Origin: Eledone cirrhosa
Lineage: Eukaryota
Length of the DNA stretch: 64,000 nt
Assembly: GCA_964016885.1 (NCBI GenBank)
Contig: OZ024752.1
Span: 23,870,001-23,934,000 of the forward strand
Direction of reading: 5' to 3'
Below the pieces are notes generated by a model, which saw nothing but the letters and a program-made list of their open reading frames with translations, was not told the DNA's origin and searched no databases. This document shows, in pieces, positions 60,830 to 64,000 of this stretch. Each line of letters starts with the position of its first letter. The stretch's first letter is position 1. Both the position numbers and the translations under genes were made by a program.

Positions 60830-62000
60830 AGAATTATCTTAATAACTTTGCATACAATGTTCTTTGTCACAGTTTTATTACCTCGCCTTCCTTGCTTATT
60901 AGTGTTCAATACTTTAATTTTTACATCTGTGAACTCTTGAAAAGCGACATACAGTTGCCCATGGCTAAATATGTTTGATCCTGTCTTTTGTTGATTGTAA
61001 TTGCTTACGACAGTCTTAATGGAAACTAGGTTCTTTCCAAAGAAAAGGGATGTTTGCATATCTGGGAGCTAACGTCAGTCTTGGGATCAAAACACACCTG
61101 CCCATCAAAGAACCATTGATTTGAGAAGCTTTGATAAAATGTTGATTCATTCCTACTACTTCTAATCTTGTGCCATTGCATAGTCTGTTCTGGATCAAAA
61201 TATTCGTAGAAGCATTATTAGGTTCATCAGCAAGCACTCTATCTGTTCTGTAATAAGTATGGCTGTTACCAGGGAGTTATCTGAGAACCTCTTCATTGAT
61301 TAATAGGCAATTAGCATTGGGAGATAAAATGACACGTGTTCTTTTCTCTTGTTGCGTTGTATCGCTGAAAATGTGTTTCACTAAACAGTCATCTACACAT
61401 GATAATGAAGGAACATCAACTTCATCTTCATTCATTTCAATTGGAGGTGTTCTTCCATTACCCAGATGTAGCTGCCACTTTGCAAACTCTTTCTCATCTT
61501 CTCTTACTCTGACATTATTGCTTAATGTAAAATGTTGAAAGAAGTACCACAGATGGGAGTTTTTAAGGCACATTTCTAATGTGGCTTCACAGGTACTCCT
61601 TGGTAATATTGGCAGCAGTTGCCTGAAATCACCTCCCAAAAGCAAAACCTTTCCCCAAAAAACTTCATTGACACCAGTGATGTCTTGAAGGCACTTGTGA
61701 ATGGTATGAATTGCATGCTAGAATCATAGAAGCCTTGTCCAGTATTGTGAGATCCAGGTTCTGTAAGTAATTAGCATGAGCCATACACATTACATACACT
61801 GGTCTCTGTTAGTGGAACAGGTAGTTTGAATAAATTGTGCACAGTTCTACCTCCCAGCAGCAGTGTAGATGCTATGACAGTCCAAGCACCACAACATAGC
61901 TGATAGTTATTTATCTAGAAGTGAAAAATCAGTGTATTGAATAGGTATGTTTTGCCACAACCTCCAGGTGCATCTGCATAGAAGCTGGTATGTGCTGGCT
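60830..62000 (-). pseudogene. Pif1-family (SF1B) helicase pseudogene, Helitron RepHel C-terminal part
   Basis: APGGCGKT (Walker A), LLGGDFRQLLP, LCNGTRL, FSHGQLYVA in different frames. Confidence 0.88.
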
Positions 62001-63022
62001 TTTCACCCTTTTCTTTGTTGAACAGTATCACTTGCCATTTGTTGCTCTTCAGTAAGAGAATCAATATCAGGGTGGTAGATGTCAACTTGAGGATCAGTTT
62101 GAAGCATCTCAATGGGATGAGGTGGACCCAGTTGTGAATATGGAGTTATTTCCACGAACAATTATTAGGATCTAAGGAAAATTCCACGAATGAAAGGGGT
62201 ACACTGTATACCTTGCAACTGTGGTCATTATCTATATCTTCTTACACACATATACTAACACAGCCACAGATCTGCACAATAATTATTACATACACAGCGT
62301 TCTATGTATGAGTTACATGCAAGCATACTCACACATAAATATAAACATGTAAACACATAGTTGCACACACATATACTAACACAGCGTTTCACCACCCATT
62401 CCTTGCTCAGTCATTACATAGATACATACACAGCAATGTGTTCTAGGAATCTGTGTGTATACTTCTGTTTGTGTATCTGTTTATGTATTTACATGTAAAT
62501 GTGTGTGTATGTAACTTGCGTAACATACGTTACGAACGAAACAAGCAGGATTATAATATGATGTTCACATACTGCGTACTAAGTCATACCGTTACATATT
62601 ATATTCCATCTCTGTTTAACTAAGGAATAGGCTATGAAGCCGGTCCCAATAAAATAGACTCACAGGCTATGTAGCCGGTAAGAGTGTCAGACACCATGAG
62701 TTGTGGCCTTTTACGGTCTAAGTTAAGACAATTTGAAATCTTTTCCACCATCAATTGTTTTAAAACTAAAATCATTTAGTCGTCCTTTCGTAATGTACGT
62801 TAAGCTTTAGTTACACACACATATACATGTAAATACATAAACCGATGCAGACAACAGAAGTGCAACCCACACATCTACTTATACATATTCAAAGACACAT
62901 TATATAGAATAATTATTACATACACACACACATCTATGAATGATTGAGGAAGGAAGGGGCTGGTCAAACACTATAGCGATATGTGGGTTGCGTCCCTTTG
63001 AGGTTTACTGGCTACAGTTTTT

Positions 63023-64000
63023 TCATCATCATCTTCGTTTAACGTCCATCTTCCACGTTAGCATGGGTTAGACGGGAGTTGTCCCACTTGAGGCAAGGCT
63101 GGTCAGGTGACCGTGTCTCGCTCTTATAGGACTATCTGGCAGGTTTTCTACGGCTGGATGCCCTTCCTAACACCAACCACATTTACAGTGTGGAACTAGG
63201 AACTTTTTACCGTGTTGCCTACACGGCCACATTACAGCGTGGACTGTGTGTGTTTTTGTTGTGACTCCTACATGACCTCGATCTCATCTCATTTATTTTG
63301 ACTGGATGTTGTGGTACCAACTTTACAGAGAGAGGTTGGTGGGAGTGGGAGGATAGGGTTGTGGATTGGGGTGTATATTTGGTTAAGAGGTGCCTACTGA
63401 CTGTAGGTTTCGCTTTGTACATAGGCAAGGCGGGTCTTCTGTATTACTGCGTAGCGCCAAAGATCTCAGTCCAGTGACATTGTCTTAGATAGGTGCGAGT
63501 GTGTAAGGTCGGAATTTATCAGATCGTCCTGGGTTTTTCTGGGTCTACCTACTCCGTAACTACCATCAATTTTGATCGCCCTGCACTTTTTTATACAGCT
63601 GTCGTCTTTCATGCGCATCACGTGGCCATACCAATTTAGTTTTCTCTCAAGTAAACAGCATCTGATCCCTATGAGCGTTAGATCATCTGCGTATAGGAGT
63701 TCCCATGAGCAGCCGGTCTTGAACTCCTCTGTTATAGCCTGAAGGGCAATAATAAATAGGAGGGGGCTAAGGACTGAGCCTTGATGAACGCCAACTTTTA
63801 CACTAAATTCTTCACAATATTCATTGTTAATTCTAACCTTACTGACTGTTTCATTATACATAGCTTGTATAGCTCTCACAAGCCATTCATCTACACCTAG
63901 TTTTCTAAGAGCCCACCAGATAATGGAGCGGGGGACTCTGTCAAAGGCTTTCTCCAGGTCTACAAAAGCTAAGTAGAGGGGTTTACTTTTAGCTAGGTAC
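63023..64000 (-). mobile_element. RTE-clade LINE 3' part, same family as 1-1373, with 684-bp internal deletion; runs off the window
   Basis: DLEKAFD, GVHQGSVLSP, YADDLTLI fused to GIRCCLL; homologous 3' UTR and (CAT)n tail. Confidence 0.92.

Larger units (their letters stand above)
60157..62010 (-). mobile_element. Decayed Helitron 3' part
   Basis: Pif1 helicase remnants followed by hairpin ccgtggaatttccacag and CTGG|T terminus at 60157. Confidence 0.7.

Noticed and set aside
60830-62000. Host PIF1 gene
   Set aside because: Intronless, frameshifted and followed by a Helitron-type hairpin/CTRR end, so it is of transposon origin

Overview
AT-rich eukaryotic (metazoan, probably invertebrate; cephalopod-like repeat landscape is my inference) repeat-only region with no recognisable host gene. 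About half of the window is imperfect (TA)n microsatellite, and nearly all the I/Y-rich ORFs in the track are artefacts of it. Inserted in the (TA)n tracts are several Penelope-like retroelements of the Naiad type (RT plus C-terminal GIY-YIG, CxC-x5-C-x5-C linker), most with a partial inverted pseudo-LTR and a hammerhead ribozyme (HHR). There are also non-coding tandem arrays with the same insertion signature. One is a 27-copy, 310-bp highly structured retrozyme-like array with a minimal dimer-type HHR, split into two head-to-head arms. Another is a ~700-bp array whose termini carry a hammerhead core in a non-standard strand order (not type I, II or III) closed by a kink-turn. A third is a ~570-bp array with no ribozyme I could identify. 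RTE-clade LINEs (with a PHD-like finger), a non-autonomous Helitron, a decayed Helitron Pif1 helicase and a 200-N assembly gap complete the window. The main candidate novel system is a (TA)n-targeted Naiad helper plus ribozyme-bearing, probably circular-RNA satellites, including the permuted K-turn hammerhead. All RNA structures were paired by eye and are untested.
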